Origin: Patescibacteria group bacterium
GTDB taxonomy: Bacteria; Acidobacteriota; Aminicenantia; UBA2199
Direction: 5' to 3'
Assembly: GCA_035528155.1 (NCBI GenBank)
Contig: DATKZA010000035.1
Coordinates: 5,840 to 69,839 of the forward strand
Length of the DNA: 64,000 nucleotides
Positions 38,386-47,587 of this stretch are shown here, piece after piece. Position numbers and translations under genes: made by a program. Below the pieces are notes generated by a model that had not been told where the DNA came from, searched no databases, and saw only the letters and a list, made by a program, of their open reading frames with translations. Each line of letters starts with the position of its first letter. The first letter of the stretch is position 1.

Positions 38386-39432
38386 ATGAAAAAAATATTT
38401 GTCGTGTTGTTCATTACAATCTGTGTTCTCTGCATTTCCCTGATTGCCGCTGACAAGGTGCTGACGGAAAATGGTGTCAAGGCCGTTGTGTTGAAGGAAA
38501 ATCTATACCGCATTGAAGGAACCCAGGGAGGGAACGTCGTCTTTCTGGTCACAGCAAAAGGTGTCCTGGTTGTGGATAGCGGCACGTCATTTGCCGAGGG
38601 CGCGCAAATCATCAAGGCCATCCGCAAGGTGACCGAGCAACCGATCCGCTATGTCGTCCTGACCCATTACCATGGCGATCACACCATAGGGCTTTCCGTT
38701 TTCCCGGAAACGGCATTGGTGATTGGGCAGCATATGGTGGCTCACAATATCAGGGAAAACAACATGCCCAGAATGCAAAAATACGTGGATAGCGATCTTC
38801 CGGCCAATATCATAAAATTGCAGGCGGAAGTAGAGAAATTAAAAAAGACAAAAAGCCCCGAACTGGCCAAGACCAAGGAAGAATTGAAAAGTGTGCGGCA
38901 GGAACTGGCGGAAATGAAAACCATGAAATCGCGTCTTCCTGATCTGACCTTTGCCTGTTCCATGAACATCAGCCTGGGCGGCGAAACCATTCAGCTGATC
39001 TATCCCGAATCGGGGCACACCAATTGCAATATCCTGGTTTTCTTCCCCAGGCAAAAAGCGGTGCATATGGGAGATATATTTTTTAATGAATCGCTCCCCT
39101 ACATCGATTTTCAGAATGGCGCCAACACGGCCAACTGGATCAGGCAGATTGCCAAAGTCCAGAGCTGGGATATCACTGCCGTCATCCCCGGACATGGACC
39201 GCTCAGTGACAAAGAAGGTCTGAATAAGCAGATCGCTTATCTCACGTTCCTGCGTCAGGCTGTCACCAAAGAAATGCAAAAGGGCAGCGGCCTGGAAGCC
39301 ATGAAAACCGCCATTGTCCTCCCGGCGGAATTCAAGAATTGGCAGTATCAAAGAATTTTTCCCAGTAACATCGAAGCAGTCTATCGCGAAATGACTGCGC
39401 CCGTTCAGGAACAAGAAAGTCCCAGGCAATAA
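38386..39432 (+). CDS. secreted MBL-fold metallo-hydrolase
   Basis: VVLTHYHGDHTIG motif, signal peptide, and AGGAGG 7 nt before the ATG. Confidence 0.75.
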   Translation: MKKIFVVLFITICVLCISLIAADKVLTENGVKAVVLKENLYRIEGTQGGNVVFLVTAKGVLVVDSGTSFAEGAQIIKAIRKVTEQPIRYVVLTHYHGDHTIGLSVFPETALVIGQHMVAHNIRENNMPRMQKYVDSDLPANIIKLQAEVEKLKKTKSPELAKTKEELKSVRQELAEMKTMKSRLPDLTFACSMNISLGGETIQLIYPESGHTNCNILVFFPRQKAVHMGDIFFNESLPYIDFQNGANTANWIRQIAKVQSWDITAVIPGHGPLSDKEGLNKQIAYLTFLRQAVTKEMQKGSGLEAMKTAIVLPAEFKNWQYQRIFPSNIEAVYREMTAPVQEQESPRQ

Positions 39433-39465
39433 AGAACAGGTTGTCTGGGCGGCCTGGGAGTAGCC

Positions 39466-40938
39466 ATGACCTCTTTATTGCAACATGCTTTTGACAGCGA
39501 AGTTTTTCGTCAGCAGGGACACCAGCTGGTAGACATGCTGGCCGATTACCTGCAGCAGGTGTTGCGGCGCGCCGATTTTCCGGTCATGCCCTGGCGCGAG
39601 CCGGCGGAATTGCGCCGGGAATGGCAGCAGCTGCTCGCCGATCCCCTGCCCGTCTCTTTTGACGAACTTACCGAGAAACTGCTGCAGCAATCGATTCATC
39701 TGCACCATCCCCGCTGCTGCGGTCACCAGGTGGCGCCACCGGCCCCGATAACCGCCCTGGCCGAATTGTTCTCGTCCTTGTTGAACAATAGCATGGCGGT
39801 CTATGAAGTGGGACCGGCCGGGACGGCGATCGAAAAAGCCGTGCTGGGCTGGCTGGCCCAGCGCCTGGGCATGGCGCCGGGAACCGACGGCATCCTCACC
39901 TCGGGCGGCAGCCTGGGCAACCTGACCGGGCTTCTGGCCGCCCGCCGGGAGCGCGGCGGCTGCGACGCCTGGGAAGAGGGTGCCCGCGGCGGCTTGCCCA
40001 TGGCCGTGCTGGTTTCCGAAGAATCCCACTACAGTGTGGCCCGCGCCCTGAAGATCATGGGCCTCGGCAGCCAGGGGCTGATCAAGCTGCCGGTCGATGA
40101 CCATTTGCAGGTACGGCCGGAATTGCTGGAATCCGCGCTGACAACCGCCCGGGCCCGTGGCCGACAGGTCTTCGCCGTCGTGGCCAACGCCTGTTCCACT
40201 TCCACAGGGGCCTATGATCCGCTGCCGGAAATCGGCGAATTCGCCAAAAGAAACGGCCTCTGGTTCCATGTCGATGCCGCCCACGGCGGGGCGGCCTGTT
40301 TTTCGCCGAAGTATCGCCATCTGGTCCGGGGTCTTGAAGATGCTGATTCACTGGTCATTGATTTTCACAAGATGATGCTTTGCCCGGCCCTGGCCACCGC
40401 CGTCCTGTTTCGCGATGGCACCGTCTTAAACCGCATCTTTTCACAAAAAGCGAGCTACCTCCTGCCTGAGCAGCAGCAAATACACTGGCAGGACATCGCC
40501 CGCAACACCATCGAATGCACCAAGAAAATGATGGGTCTTAAGGTCATGATGCTGCTCAAGACGGTGGGGGAAGGGATATTCTCGGAATATATCACCCGTG
40601 TTTATGACCTGAGCCGCGACTTTGCCGCCGTGCTCCAAGGTGAGAGCGATTTCAGGCTGGCTGTCGAGCCTCAGGCCAACATCGTCTGTTTCCGCCATCA
40701 GCCCGCCCGCGTGCCGGCCGGCCAATGGGGTGAATACAACGCCCAACTTCGCCGTCAACTTGTTGCCCATGGCCGCTTTTATATTGTCCAGACCACGATT
40801 GCCGGTGAAATTTGCCTGCGTTTGACCTTGATGAATCCTTTTACCAATCTAAGCGATCTGCAGGAACTGTTGATTGAGATTCGCCACTTCGGCCAGCGAA
40901 TCCGGCAAAATGAAAATCATGGAAAAAAGGATGGTTGA
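39466..40938 (+). CDS. group II pyridoxal-phosphate-dependent decarboxylase
   Basis: FHVDAAHGG and the DFHKMM PLP-lysine motif. Confidence 0.8.
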   Translation: MTSLLQHAFDSEVFRQQGHQLVDMLADYLQQVLRRADFPVMPWREPAELRREWQQLLADPLPVSFDELTEKLLQQSIHLHHPRCCGHQVAPPAPITALAELFSSLLNNSMAVYEVGPAGTAIEKAVLGWLAQRLGMAPGTDGILTSGGSLGNLTGLLAARRERGGCDAWEEGARGGLPMAVLVSEESHYSVARALKIMGLGSQGLIKLPVDDHLQVRPELLESALTTARARGRQVFAVVANACSTSTGAYDPLPEIGEFAKRNGLWFHVDAAHGGAACFSPKYRHLVRGLEDADSLVIDFHKMMLCPALATAVLFRDGTVLNRIFSQKASYLLPEQQQIHWQDIARNTIECTKKMMGLKVMMLLKTVGEGIFSEYITRVYDLSRDFAAVLQGESDFRLAVEPQANIVCFRHQPARVPAGQWGEYNAQLRRQLVAHGRFYIVQTTIAGEICLRLTLMNPFTNLSDLQELLIEIRHFGQRIRQNENHGKKDG

Positions 40939-40992
40939 AAGACTGGGATGAAAGATTTAAGATCAATTGAATCCGGAAGCATGCGAGGTTAC

Positions 40993-42579
40993 ATGGCAAA
41001 AAAAATGAAGCTATTTGTTGCTATAATATTTGTAATGGCCTTTACATTATGGCAAACAGGATGCTGCAGTATGCCGCAGCGTTTGCTCCCGGTCAATTTT
41101 GACCCGACGGAAATGACCATTGCTGATATTCACCAGGGTTATCGGAACGGAACTCTTACTTGTGAACAGTTGGTGCGCGCTTACCTTAGCAGAATTGCAG
41201 CGTATGACCAACCAAATAAACTGAATGCCATTGTTGTGATCAATGCCCAGGCTCTGGAAACCGCCAGGGAGCTGGATAAAGAGTTTCGCGTCACAGGGAA
41301 ATTAAGACCGCTGCACGGAATTCCCATTATAGTGAAAGACAATTTCAATACCATCGGCCTGCAAACCAGCGCCGGATCGCTGGCCATGAAAGGATTCATC
41401 CCGGGCCGGGATGCCTGGCAGGTAAAAAAAATCAAGGCGGCCGGGGCCATTGTCCTGGCCAAAGCGAATATGGCCGAATGGGCATTCAGCCCCAAGGTGA
41501 CCATCAGCTCGCTGGCCGGAGAAACCCTGAACCCCTACAACCTGGCCCATGTTCCGGCGGGTTCCAGCGGCGGCACGGCCGCGGCCGTGGCTGCCAGCTT
41601 CGGAACAGTCGGTCTGGGCTCGGATACCGGAAATTCGATCCGCGGTCCGTCTGCGCACACTGCTTTGGTCGGTTTCAGATCCACTTTGGGTTTGACCAGC
41701 AGGTATGGCATTGTGCCTCTGTACCTGCGCAATGATGTGGGTGGTCCCATGGCCAGAACCGTTGCCGATGCCGTGTGTGTTCTGGAAGTGATTGCCGGCT
41801 ACGATCCGCAGGATCCGCTCACAGAGCACTGTCGGGGCAAGGTTCCCGAGAACTACCGGCAGTTTCTCATGGCCGATGGCTTGCAGGGAGCCAGGGTGGG
41901 GGTGCTGAGAATTTTGAGTGAAAAGGATGTCCACCCGCAGATCAAGGTTCTTTTTGAAAAAGCGATCCTGGATATCAGAGTTCTGGGCGCTGAAATTGTT
42001 GATCCCGTCGTTATCCCCGGCTTCGCCGCCGTGAGCGCCAACCAGTGGTGTTCGACCTTTAAGGCCGATATAAACGACTACCTGTCGGTTTTTGGCCGGG
42101 ATGCTCCGGTCAAGAACTTTGCTGAAATCATCGCCAGCGGCAAGTTTGCCGGCTATATCAAGGAAGATCTTGAATATTTCGCTGCAAATTCCGGCCGCGA
42201 TGAAAAACCCGATTCCCCCTGTCTTGACGTTTACAACGATCCCAAGCGTATAGCCTTTCGCCAGGCCATCGAGCAGGTGATGGACAGCCTGAAACTCGAT
42301 GCGCTCATTTATCCGACCTGGAACCAGCCCCCGGCCAAGGTCGGCGATTTCAGCGGCTATCGGGGTGACAACAGCCAGCTGATCGCCCCCCATACCGGCC
42401 AGCCGGCCTTTACCGTGCCCATGGGTTTCACTTCGGGAAATTTGCCGGCCGGCCTGCAATTCCTGGGCAGGATGTTTTCCGAACCCACACTGATCAGGAT
42501 CGCCTATGCGTATGAACAGGGAACCCGCCACCGCAAGCCGCCCGAACTGTTCCCGCCATTGGCGGTTATTGAAAAATAG
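40993..42579 (+). CDS. amidase (amidase-signature family), N-terminal signal/TM
   Basis: GGSSGG...GSDTGNSIRGPS amidase signature with the catalytic Ser. The start is uncertain (ATGs at 40981 and 40993). Confidence 0.8.
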   Translation: MAKKMKLFVAIIFVMAFTLWQTGCCSMPQRLLPVNFDPTEMTIADIHQGYRNGTLTCEQLVRAYLSRIAAYDQPNKLNAIVVINAQALETARELDKEFRVTGKLRPLHGIPIIVKDNFNTIGLQTSAGSLAMKGFIPGRDAWQVKKIKAAGAIVLAKANMAEWAFSPKVTISSLAGETLNPYNLAHVPAGSSGGTAAAVAASFGTVGLGSDTGNSIRGPSAHTALVGFRSTLGLTSRYGIVPLYLRNDVGGPMARTVADAVCVLEVIAGYDPQDPLTEHCRGKVPENYRQFLMADGLQGARVGVLRILSEKDVHPQIKVLFEKAILDIRVLGAEIVDPVVIPGFAAVSANQWCSTFKADINDYLSVFGRDAPVKNFAEIIASGKFAGYIKEDLEYFAANSGRDEKPDSPCLDVYNDPKRIAFRQAIEQVMDSLKLDALIYPTWNQPPAKVGDFSGYRGDNSQLIAPHTGQPAFTVPMGFTSGNLPAGLQFLGRMFSEPTLIRIAYAYEQGTRHRKPPELFPPLAVIEK

Positions 42580-42592
42580 CAAGGGAGAAGTC

Positions 42593-43039
42593 ATGAGCCG
42601 GCAAGCGAAAGAATTACTGGTTTTCGAAGACGAACTGTTCAGCTTGGAGCAAAGTGCCGAGTGCCCCATACCCGGTTATTTGATTTTAAGGCTGAAGGGG
42701 CCGGAGGCCAGCCTGGCCCAATTGCCAAAAAGAACCGCACGGCTTCTCGGTGTTATGCTAAAGCGAGCGATCAATGCCATAGAGAAGGCGGTCAAGCCCG
42801 AGCGGGTCTATATCCTTTCATTCTGCGAGGTCGATCCCCGGCTGCACTTCCACCTGTTTCCCCGCACTTCCTGGCTGCTGAAGGAGTACTTCAAGGCCAA
42901 CTTCAACGCCAACGACCCGGTAAACGGACCCATGCTGTTCGAATGGGCGCGCAGCGCCTTCGGCCCCGGCAGCCATGTGCCCCAGGGAACGCCCGACATG
43001 GAAACCGCCTGCGGGATCATGTGCGACATCTTGAAATAA
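42593..43039 (+). CDS. HIT-like (degenerate histidine-triad) hypothetical protein
   Basis: LHFHLFPR resembles the HIT motif but its third His is replaced. SD AAGGGAG precedes the ATG. Confidence 0.5.
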   Translation: MSRQAKELLVFEDELFSLEQSAECPIPGYLILRLKGPEASLAQLPKRTARLLGVMLKRAINAIEKAVKPERVYILSFCEVDPRLHFHLFPRTSWLLKEYFKANFNANDPVNGPMLFEWARSAFGPGSHVPQGTPDMETACGIMCDILK

Positions 43040-43051
43040 TAGGGAATACAC

Positions 43052-43642
43052 ATGAAAAGAATATGCGTCTTCTGCGGTTCGAGCCCGGGCGCCAAACCCG
43101 AATATGTCCGGGCGGCACGGCAGCTGGGGGCACTCCTCGCCCAGGGTAGGATCGGTTTGGTCTTCGGCGGCGGCAAGGTCGGCTTGATGGGTCAACTGGC
43201 CCGGGCCGCCCTGGAAAACGGCGGCGAAGTCATCGGCGTGATCCCCAGGGAGCTTCATGAAAAGAGGGTGGCTTTCAGCGGGCTATCCGACCTGCGGGTG
43301 GTGGGCTCGATGCATGAGCGCAAAGCCATGATGGCCGAACTCGCCGACGGCTTCATGGCCTTGCCGGGCGGACTGGGCACCCTGGAAGAAATATTTGAAA
43401 TATTGACCTGGGCGCAGCTGGGCATGCACGGCAAGCCCTGCGGCCTGCTCAATGTCGGCGCTTACTATTCGACGCTACTCGCTTTTCTTGACCAGGTCGT
43501 GGCCCAGGGATTCCTCGATGCGGCCCATCGTTCCATGATATTGACTGCTGAAAACCCCGAGGAATTGCTGCAACAATTTGAGACCTACCGGCCCTCGACC
43601 GCCGATAAGGCGGCCTGGGCGCTGGACCTGGGGCACGTGTAA
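43052..43642 (+). CDS. LOG-family protein (cytokinin riboside 5'-monophosphate phosphoribohydrolase / TIGR00730)
   Basis: PGGLGTLEE motif and a GGG(K)VGLMG region. Confidence 0.85.
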   Translation: MKRICVFCGSSPGAKPEYVRAARQLGALLAQGRIGLVFGGGKVGLMGQLARAALENGGEVIGVIPRELHEKRVAFSGLSDLRVVGSMHERKAMMAELADGFMALPGGLGTLEEIFEILTWAQLGMHGKPCGLLNVGAYYSTLLAFLDQVVAQGFLDAAHRSMILTAENPEELLQQFETYRPSTADKAAWALDLGHV

Positions 43643-43645
43643 AAC

Positions 43646-43690
43646 AAGGGCGGTTCGCGCTTGTCCCCGCCAGGGGGAACCGCCCCTACA
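43646..43690. repeat. REP-like palindromic element (GGGCGGTTC...GAACCGCCCCTACA) with enlarged loop
   Basis: Inverted arms GGGCGGTTC / GAACCGCCC. The 3' CCCTACA equals GTAGGG on the other strand. Confidence 0.5.
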
Positions 43691-43762
43691 TAAAAACCAA
43701 TTTGACAGTTTTTTGTCTGTTTGCCACAATGGGATTGGTTAGGAGATAAGGAAAGAGAGAGA

Positions 43763-44269
43763 ATGAACAAGATTGATACAACCAGGTTCCTGCGGCAAAT
43801 GAAATATCTGCCGGATATTATTCCTTTGGCCAATATTTTGCTGATTGTTGCATTGATTGTATTTCCTGGAGCAATTATGAATTGGAGTTTTCTCCCGGTA
43901 TTGGAAGAGCAAACAGAAATTAAATATGCCAATTATGAACCGTCAGGTTATTCATCTACGAGTGTGACTATTAAAAAAACTGGGGAAATTTATATTATTG
44001 ACCGTGAAATAGAAGATTTATCCAAAATGAAAGGTTTATTGGCTGATAGAATGGATGAATTTCAATCGAAAAGGCTTAGAATTTTTGCAGAATCAGAGGC
44101 GCCATGGGGGAAAATCATAGACGTATTGCAAGCTGCCAAGGAAGCAGGGGCAAAAATGGTGGGATTCATGATGGCAAGGGAATACAGTGTTTTGCATTAT
44201 TGGGAAATGAAAAAATTCTATCGTGAAAAGGGATTGAAAGAACCCTCGGTGTCCCAAATAACTCATTAG
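43763..44269 (+). CDS. ExbD/TolR-like biopolymer transport protein, orphan, in AT-rich patch
   Basis: N-terminal TM (LANILLIVALIVF) followed by an ExbD-like periplasmic domain (..IYIIDREI...RLRIFAESEAPWGKIIDVLQAAKEAGAKMVGF). SD present. No ExbB partner is adjacent. Confidence 0.5.
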   Translation: MNKIDTTRFLRQMKYLPDIIPLANILLIVALIVFPGAIMNWSFLPVLEEQTEIKYANYEPSGYSSTSVTIKKTGEIYIIDREIEDLSKMKGLLADRMDEFQSKRLRIFAESEAPWGKIIDVLQAAKEAGAKMVGFMMAREYSVLHYWEMKKFYREKGLKEPSVSQITH

Positions 44270-44277
44270 ATTTGTAA

Positions 44278-44305
44278 TGTTTATTAATGAGGGGGCGGTT
44301 CGTGA
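44278..44305. repeat. REP palindrome copy (GGGGGCGGTTCGTGAACCGCCC), degenerate head
   Basis: Lies 19 nt upstream of the RAYT start codon. Confidence 0.55.
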
Positions 44306-44323
44306 ACCGCCCATCTATATTGC

Positions 44324-44842
44324 ATGAAGTTCAATCCGGAAATCCATCATCGCCGGTCCATCCGCTTAAAGGGATACGATTATTCACGGAACGGAGCATA
44401 TTTCGTGACGATGTGTTCCTGGAACCGTGAATGCATGTTTGGAGAGATCGTTAATGGGAAAATTATCTTGAATAAATTCGGTTCGATCATCGCTGAAACA
44501 TGGTTATGGCTGGAGAAACGACATGATCATGTTGGATTAGCGGATTTTGTGATCATGCCAAATCATATACATGGAATATTGCTGATTGACCGATATTTGG
44601 GCGGTTCCCGAACCGCCCCTACACGAAGAATAAAACCATTGGGACGAATTCTGGGGGCGTTCAAGACACATTCGACCAAGTTGGTGAACAAATACCGGCA
44701 GACAGCTGGAGCTCCGATTTGGCAGCGCAATTATTATGAGCGCATCATCAGGGATCAATGCGAATTTGATCGAATTGGCAATTATATTGTCTCAAATCCT
44801 GCGAATTGGAATGATGATGAAAATAATCCCATCAATTTATAA
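44324..44842 (+). CDS. REP-associated tyrosine transposase (RAYT, IS200/IS605 TnpA-like HuH Y1)
   Basis: HuH motif MPNHIHGIL and a downstream IWQRNYYERIIRD / GNYIVSNPANW region with the catalytic Tyr; flanked by REPs. Confidence 0.75.
   Translation: MKFNPEIHHRRSIRLKGYDYSRNGAYFVTMCSWNRECMFGEIVNGKIILNKFGSIIAETWLWLEKRHDHVGLADFVIMPNHIHGILLIDRYLGGSRTAPTRRIKPLGRILGAFKTHSTKLVNKYRQTAGAPIWQRNYYERIIRDQCEFDRIGNYIVSNPANWNDDENNPINL
44597..44624. repeat. REP palindrome copy inside the RAYT coding sequence
   Basis: GGGCGGTTCCCGAACCGCCCCTACA encodes LGGSRTAPT in frame, in the loop after the HuH motif. Confidence 0.55.
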
Positions 44843-44870
44843 ATCAGGGAATGGTTATTCTAATTCTTTT

Positions 44871-44898
44871 TGTAGGGGCGGTTCGTGAACCGCCCTTT
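44871..44898. repeat. REP palindrome copy (TGTAGGGGCGGTTCGTGAACCGCCC) with 5' GTAG head
   Basis: Lies 29 nt downstream of the RAYT stop. It is inverted relative to the intragenic copy. Confidence 0.6.
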
Positions 44899-44918
44899 GA
44901 TGACAGGGGATAATTTCT

Positions 44919-45884
44919 TTATTTCCGCCCGTCCATCTCCGCGATGATTTCCAGCACCCGCGAGTGGATGCGGCCGTTGCTGGCCAGAATGCCGCGGTTG
45001 TTGCGCAGGGTCTTGCCAACGGAAAAATCGAGCTTTTTGCCATCGATGTCGCTGACCCAGCCACCGGCTTCTTCCACGAGCAAACTGCCGGCGGCGTGGT
45101 CCCAGATCTTCTCGCGGTAATCGGGGGTGGCGGGATTGGGGATGCGCAGGTAGATGTCGGCGTCGCCTGAGGCCACGATGCCGTACTTGACCTGGCTGTC
45201 CATTTGTTCGGGTGGATTCGAGATCTGCAGGCTGTGGGAAATCTCGAGTTGGGTGTCCTTGTCGCTGTGCGAGGACTCGTAGCTTTCGACGAATTTCATT
45301 CGGGTCGGATCGGTTCTGACGGACGCGCGGATGGGTTCGGCGCTGCCACCCGCGGCCGGGATCTTCCAGCCGCCCTGGCCCTGGATGGCCCAGAACAGGG
45401 TGCCGCCGGTTGCCGGCGGCAGGTTCGGGCAGCCCAGGATGCCCAGGCGGACCTGCCCGCCCTGAACCAGCGCCAAAGCGATGGCGAACTGCTCGCCGCG
45501 CAGGAAGCCCTTGGTGCCGTCGATGGGGTCGAGGGTCCAGAAGGTCCCGTTCGGTTCCGCTCCGCCCTGGTCGATACAGTCACAGATCTCTTTTTCTTCC
45601 ATGGGCGCGTCGCATTTTATCAGATAATGAATGATCTTGCTAAATAATTCCCGGTTTTCCGGCTGGCGCAGGGCCAGCGAATCTTCTTCGCCCACGATGG
45701 GGATGCCCGGAAAATGGCTGCTCAGAATTTTACAGATCAGGGCCTGAACGGCAAAGTCGGCGATGGTCACCGGGCTGCGATCGGTTTTGGTGAGGGTGTA
45801 CTTGCCGGTCATTTCATTCTGGATGGTAGCGGCCAGGTTCATGGCGGCGCCGACCGCCTGCAGGCCGATTTCTTTCTGCAACAT
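44919..45884 (-). CDS. 3'(2'),5'-bisphosphate nucleotidase / inositol-monophosphatase-family (CysQ/HAL2-like)
   Basis: WTLDPIDGTKGF motif of the IMPase/FIG superfamily. Confidence 0.75.
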   Translation of the reverse strand: MLQKEIGLQAVGAAMNLAATIQNEMTGKYTLTKTDRSPVTIADFAVQALICKILSSHFPGIPIVGEEDSLALRQPENRELFSKIIHYLIKCDAPMEEKEICDCIDQGGAEPNGTFWTLDPIDGTKGFLRGEQFAIALALVQGGQVRLGILGCPNLPPATGGTLFWAIQGQGGWKIPAAGGSAEPIRASVRTDPTRMKFVESYESSHSDKDTQLEISHSLQISNPPEQMDSQVKYGIVASGDADIYLRIPNPATPDYREKIWDHAAGSLLVEEAGGWVSDIDGKKLDFSVGKTLRNNRGILASNGRIHSRVLEIIAEMDGRK

Positions 45885-45927
45885 GAGTGTTCCTCTTTTT
45901 TATTGTTGAAGCACGTTGGCCAAATGG

Positions 45928-46272
45928 CTAACTGCGGCCGAAGTCGTCCTGAAAGCGGGTGATGTCGTCTTCGCCCAGGTAGGTTCCGGTCTGCACTTCG
46001 ATAAAGACCAATTCTTCTTTTCCCGGATTTTCGATGCGGTGCTTTGTTTTTTCTGGAATGAAGACCGACTGTCTTTTTTCCAACTCGAGCGTTTCCTCGC
46101 CCAGGGTAACCCGGGCCTGCCCCTGCACCACCACCCAGTTCTCGGCACGGTGCTCATGGCTTTGCAGGGAGAGCCTTTTGGCGGGTTTGACCATGATGCG
46201 CTTGATCTTCAGTTTCGCCTCTTCGAAAAGGATCTCGAACCAGCCCCAGGGCCGTTCTTCCTTGTCATTCAT
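45928..46272 (-). CDS. cupin-domain protein (mannose-6-phosphate isomerase type II C-terminal cupin-like)
   Basis: The 114-aa C-terminal part of a longer shadow ORF in the track. Its ATG overlaps the gmd stop (ATGA). Cupin His motifs [11 protein letters not shown]...FIP. Confidence 0.55.
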   Translation of the reverse strand: MNDKEERPWGWFEILFEEAKLKIKRIMVKPAKRLSLQSHEHRAENWVVVQGQARVTLGEETLELEKRQSVFIPEKTKHRIENPGKEELVFIEVQTGTYLGEDDITRFQDDFGRS

Positions 46273-47243
46273 AAGCGGTAGTCCTTTTTGAGCAGGGCCA
46301 TGTCGGAATCGACCATCATCCTGATCAATTCGGCGAAGTGGACTTTGGGCTGCCAGCCCAGTATTTTTTTGGCTTTGCTGAAGTCGCCGCGCAACAGGTC
46401 GACTTCGGCCGGGCGGATGAATTTGTTGTCCAGGACAACGAAATCTTTGTGATCGAGGTCCAGGTGGGAAAAGGCGATCTCCACCAGCTCCTGCACCGAG
46501 TGGGTCTCGCCGCTGGCGATAACGAAGTCGTCGGGCTTGTCCTGCTGCAGCATCAGCCACATGGCTTCGACGTAGTCCAGGGCGTAGCCCCAGTCGCGTT
46601 TGGCTTCCAGGTTGCCCAGGCGCAGTTCCTTGCTCAAGCCCAGTTTGATCCTGGCGGCATTGTAGGTGACCTTGCGGGTGACGAACTCGATGCCCCTGCG
46701 GGGCGACTCGTGGTTGAATAGGATGCCCGAAACACCGAAGATGTTGTAGCTTTCGCGGTAATTGACCGTGATCCAATGGCCATAGATCTTGGCCACGCCG
46801 TAGGGGCTGCGCGGATGGAAGGGGGTCAGCTCGGTCTGGGGGATCTCCTTGACCATGCCGAACATTTCCGAAGAGGAAGCCTGGTAAAAGCGGAGGCGTG
46901 GATTGACGGCGCGAATGGCTTCCAGCATGCGGGTGACGCCGATGGCCGTGAATTCCGCGGTCAGCACCGGCTGGTCCCAAGAGGTGGGGACAAAGCTCAT
47001 GGCGGCCAAGTTGTACACTTCGTCGGGTTGGATCTCCGCGATGATCTTGCTGATGGAATACTGGTCCAGCAGGTCGGCCTGGCGAATCTTGATGCGGTCC
47101 TTGATGTGTTCGATGCGGTCAAATTTTTCCATGCTGGAACGGCGGACCATGCCGTATACCTCATAGCCTTTCTCCAACAGGAAATCGGCGAGATAGGATC
47201 CGTCCTGCCCGGTGACGCCGGTGATCAATGCTTTTTTTGCCAT
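46269..47243 (-). CDS. gmd: GDP-mannose 4,6-dehydratase
   Basis: N-terminal [25 protein letters not shown] (Rossmann), the YxxxK region and full-length Gmd pattern. Confidence 0.9.
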   Translation of the reverse strand: MAKKALITGVTGQDGSYLADFLLEKGYEVYGMVRRSSMEKFDRIEHIKDRIKIRQADLLDQYSISKIIAEIQPDEVYNLAAMSFVPTSWDQPVLTAEFTAIGVTRMLEAIRAVNPRLRFYQASSSEMFGMVKEIPQTELTPFHPRSPYGVAKIYGHWITVNYRESYNIFGVSGILFNHESPRRGIEFVTRKVTYNAARIKLGLSKELRLGNLEAKRDWGYALDYVEAMWLMLQQDKPDDFVIASGETHSVQELVEIAFSHLDLDHKDFVVLDNKFIRPAEVDLLRGDFSKAKKILGWQPKVHFAELIRMMVDSDMALLKKDYRL

Positions 47244-47380
47244 TCGCGCTCCTCTGTTTAGAAGTTATTTTAGCCGAATCGGGGTGGAGAGTCAAATCGC
47301 GGGGAGGAGAGGCGGGACATAGGCGCCTTGCCATTTGAAAACAAGCCGCGGAAGTTTTATAATGCGCAGGGAGAAAATGA

Positions 47381-47572
47381 ATGACTCTTGATAATTACAT
47401 CGAAATTCAGCTGGTTAAAGTAAAAATATCCCGCAAGCAGACCGACAGGCAATTGCTGCAGTGGCTGCTGGAATTGCGGACGCTGCGTGGGCAGATCAGG
47501 CATCTGGAAAGCGAAAACAAACGACTGAAGCGGGATTATGAAAAGGTGCTGCTGCAAAACGCGCAGGCCTGA
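47381..47572 (+). CDS. small coiled-coil ORF (63 aa), hypothetical
   Basis: GGGAG 7 nt before the ATG. It has no homology signal and may not be expressed. Confidence 0.2.
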   Translation: MTLDNYIEIQLVKVKISRKQTDRQLLQWLLELRTLRGQIRHLESENKRLKRDYEKVLLQNAQA

Positions 47573-47587
47573 CTTTTTGCTTTGCGT

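Noticed and set aside
41302-42669. 455-aa minus-strand ORF antisense to the amidase gene
   Set aside because: Shadow ORF; the amidase signature is on the plus strand.
43074-43092. tRNA-like T-arm string (GGTTCGAGCCCGGG)
   Set aside because: It lies inside the LOG-family coding sequence (encodes CGSSPGA). There is no acceptor stem or anticodon arm around it, and I found no tRNA anywhere in the window.
44597-44624. REP copy inside the RAYT ORF read as evidence that the transposase is a pseudogene
   Set aside because: The reading frame is maintained. The HuH motif and the downstream catalytic-Tyr region are intact and correctly spaced. The REP-encoded residues fall in a loop of the same length as in E. 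coli-type RAYTs. I therefore kept it as an intact CDS and noted the oddity.
46273-46980. Upstream part of the 350-aa minus-strand ORF 45928..46980
   Set aside because: It overlaps gmd in another frame and is Arg/Pro/Gly-rich. Only the last 114 aa (the cupin) have a sensible start codon, overlapping the gmd stop.
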